This document shows, one piece after another, positions 26,173 through 26,326 of a stretch of 26,326 nucleotides of DNA. A program made the translations under genes and the position numbers. The DNA comes from Archangiaceae bacterium (lineage in GTDB: Bacteria > Myxococcota > Myxococcia > Myxococcales > Myxococcaceae): the NCBI GenBank assembly GCA_043750125.1, contig JAYVCD010000032.1, positions 1 to 26,326 on the forward strand, given 5' to 3'. Under the pieces are notes generated by a model. The model did not search any database. It worked only from the letters and a program-made list of their open reading frames with translations, and had not been told where the DNA came from. Position 1 is the first letter of the stretch, and every line of letters begins with the position of its first letter.

Positions 26173-26326
26173 ATGCTCGATGTCTTCATCATTGAGGAGC
26201 TCAAACGCCGGGAACGGGAACGCTCGAAGCACGAGCGCAGCCGACCTGCGCTCGAGATCCCCGCGCCGGATCCTGACCGCGACGATGAGGACGAAGAAAA
26301 TCGTCGGTCGGAAGAGAAGCAAGATC
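26173..26326 (+). CDS. Small charged hypothetical protein, 3' end runs off the window
   Basis: Strong GGGAGGA RBS; MLDVFIIEELKRRERERSKHERSRPALEIPAPDPDRDDEDEENRRSEEKQD...; not in the ORF track. Confidence 0.7.
   Translation, partial: MLDVFIIEELKRRERERSKHERSRPALEIPAPDPDRDDEDEENRRSEEKQD

Noticed and set aside
1-26326. CRISPR arrays, tRNA/rRNA genes and IS elements
   Set aside because: No regularly spaced direct repeats, cloverleaf or rRNA motifs, or transposase ORFs were seen by eye; intergenic gaps are short.

Overview
High-GC (about 68%) bacterial chromosomal segment. Gene content and protein styles suggest a myxobacterium (Myxococcota); this is an inference. From left to right: (1) a minus-strand surface cluster of an HExxH metallopeptidase lipoprotein, an outer-membrane beta-barrel and two paralogous giant lipoproteins with Ig-like repeats, of which the complete one also has NIDO-like and lamin-tail domains; (2) aspS with a non-discriminating signature, a small DUF4177-like protein and a frameshifted SRPBCC-TIGR01777 epimerase fusion; (3) a secreted hypothetical protein, an excisionase-HTH response regulator and a chimeric pseudogene scar; (4) a translationally coupled five-gene lipid operon (alkyl-DHAP-synthase-like flavoprotein, degenerate GlcE-like subunit, GlcF-like Fe-S/CCG protein, diacylglycerol-kinase-family enzyme, thioesterase), the best candidate here for an undescribed system; (5) a zinc-finger membrane protein, a probable VapC/PIN remnant and an orphan SNF2 helicase; (6) a PafA-like phosphatase, 2OG-Fe(II) oxygenase and PHA-granule-family operon; (7) a ybgC-like thioesterase, glpX, an SRPBCC protein and a truncated small acidic protein. 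No rRNA, tRNA, CRISPR array or intact mobile element was seen. Family calls come from motif recognition by eye, not from database searches.
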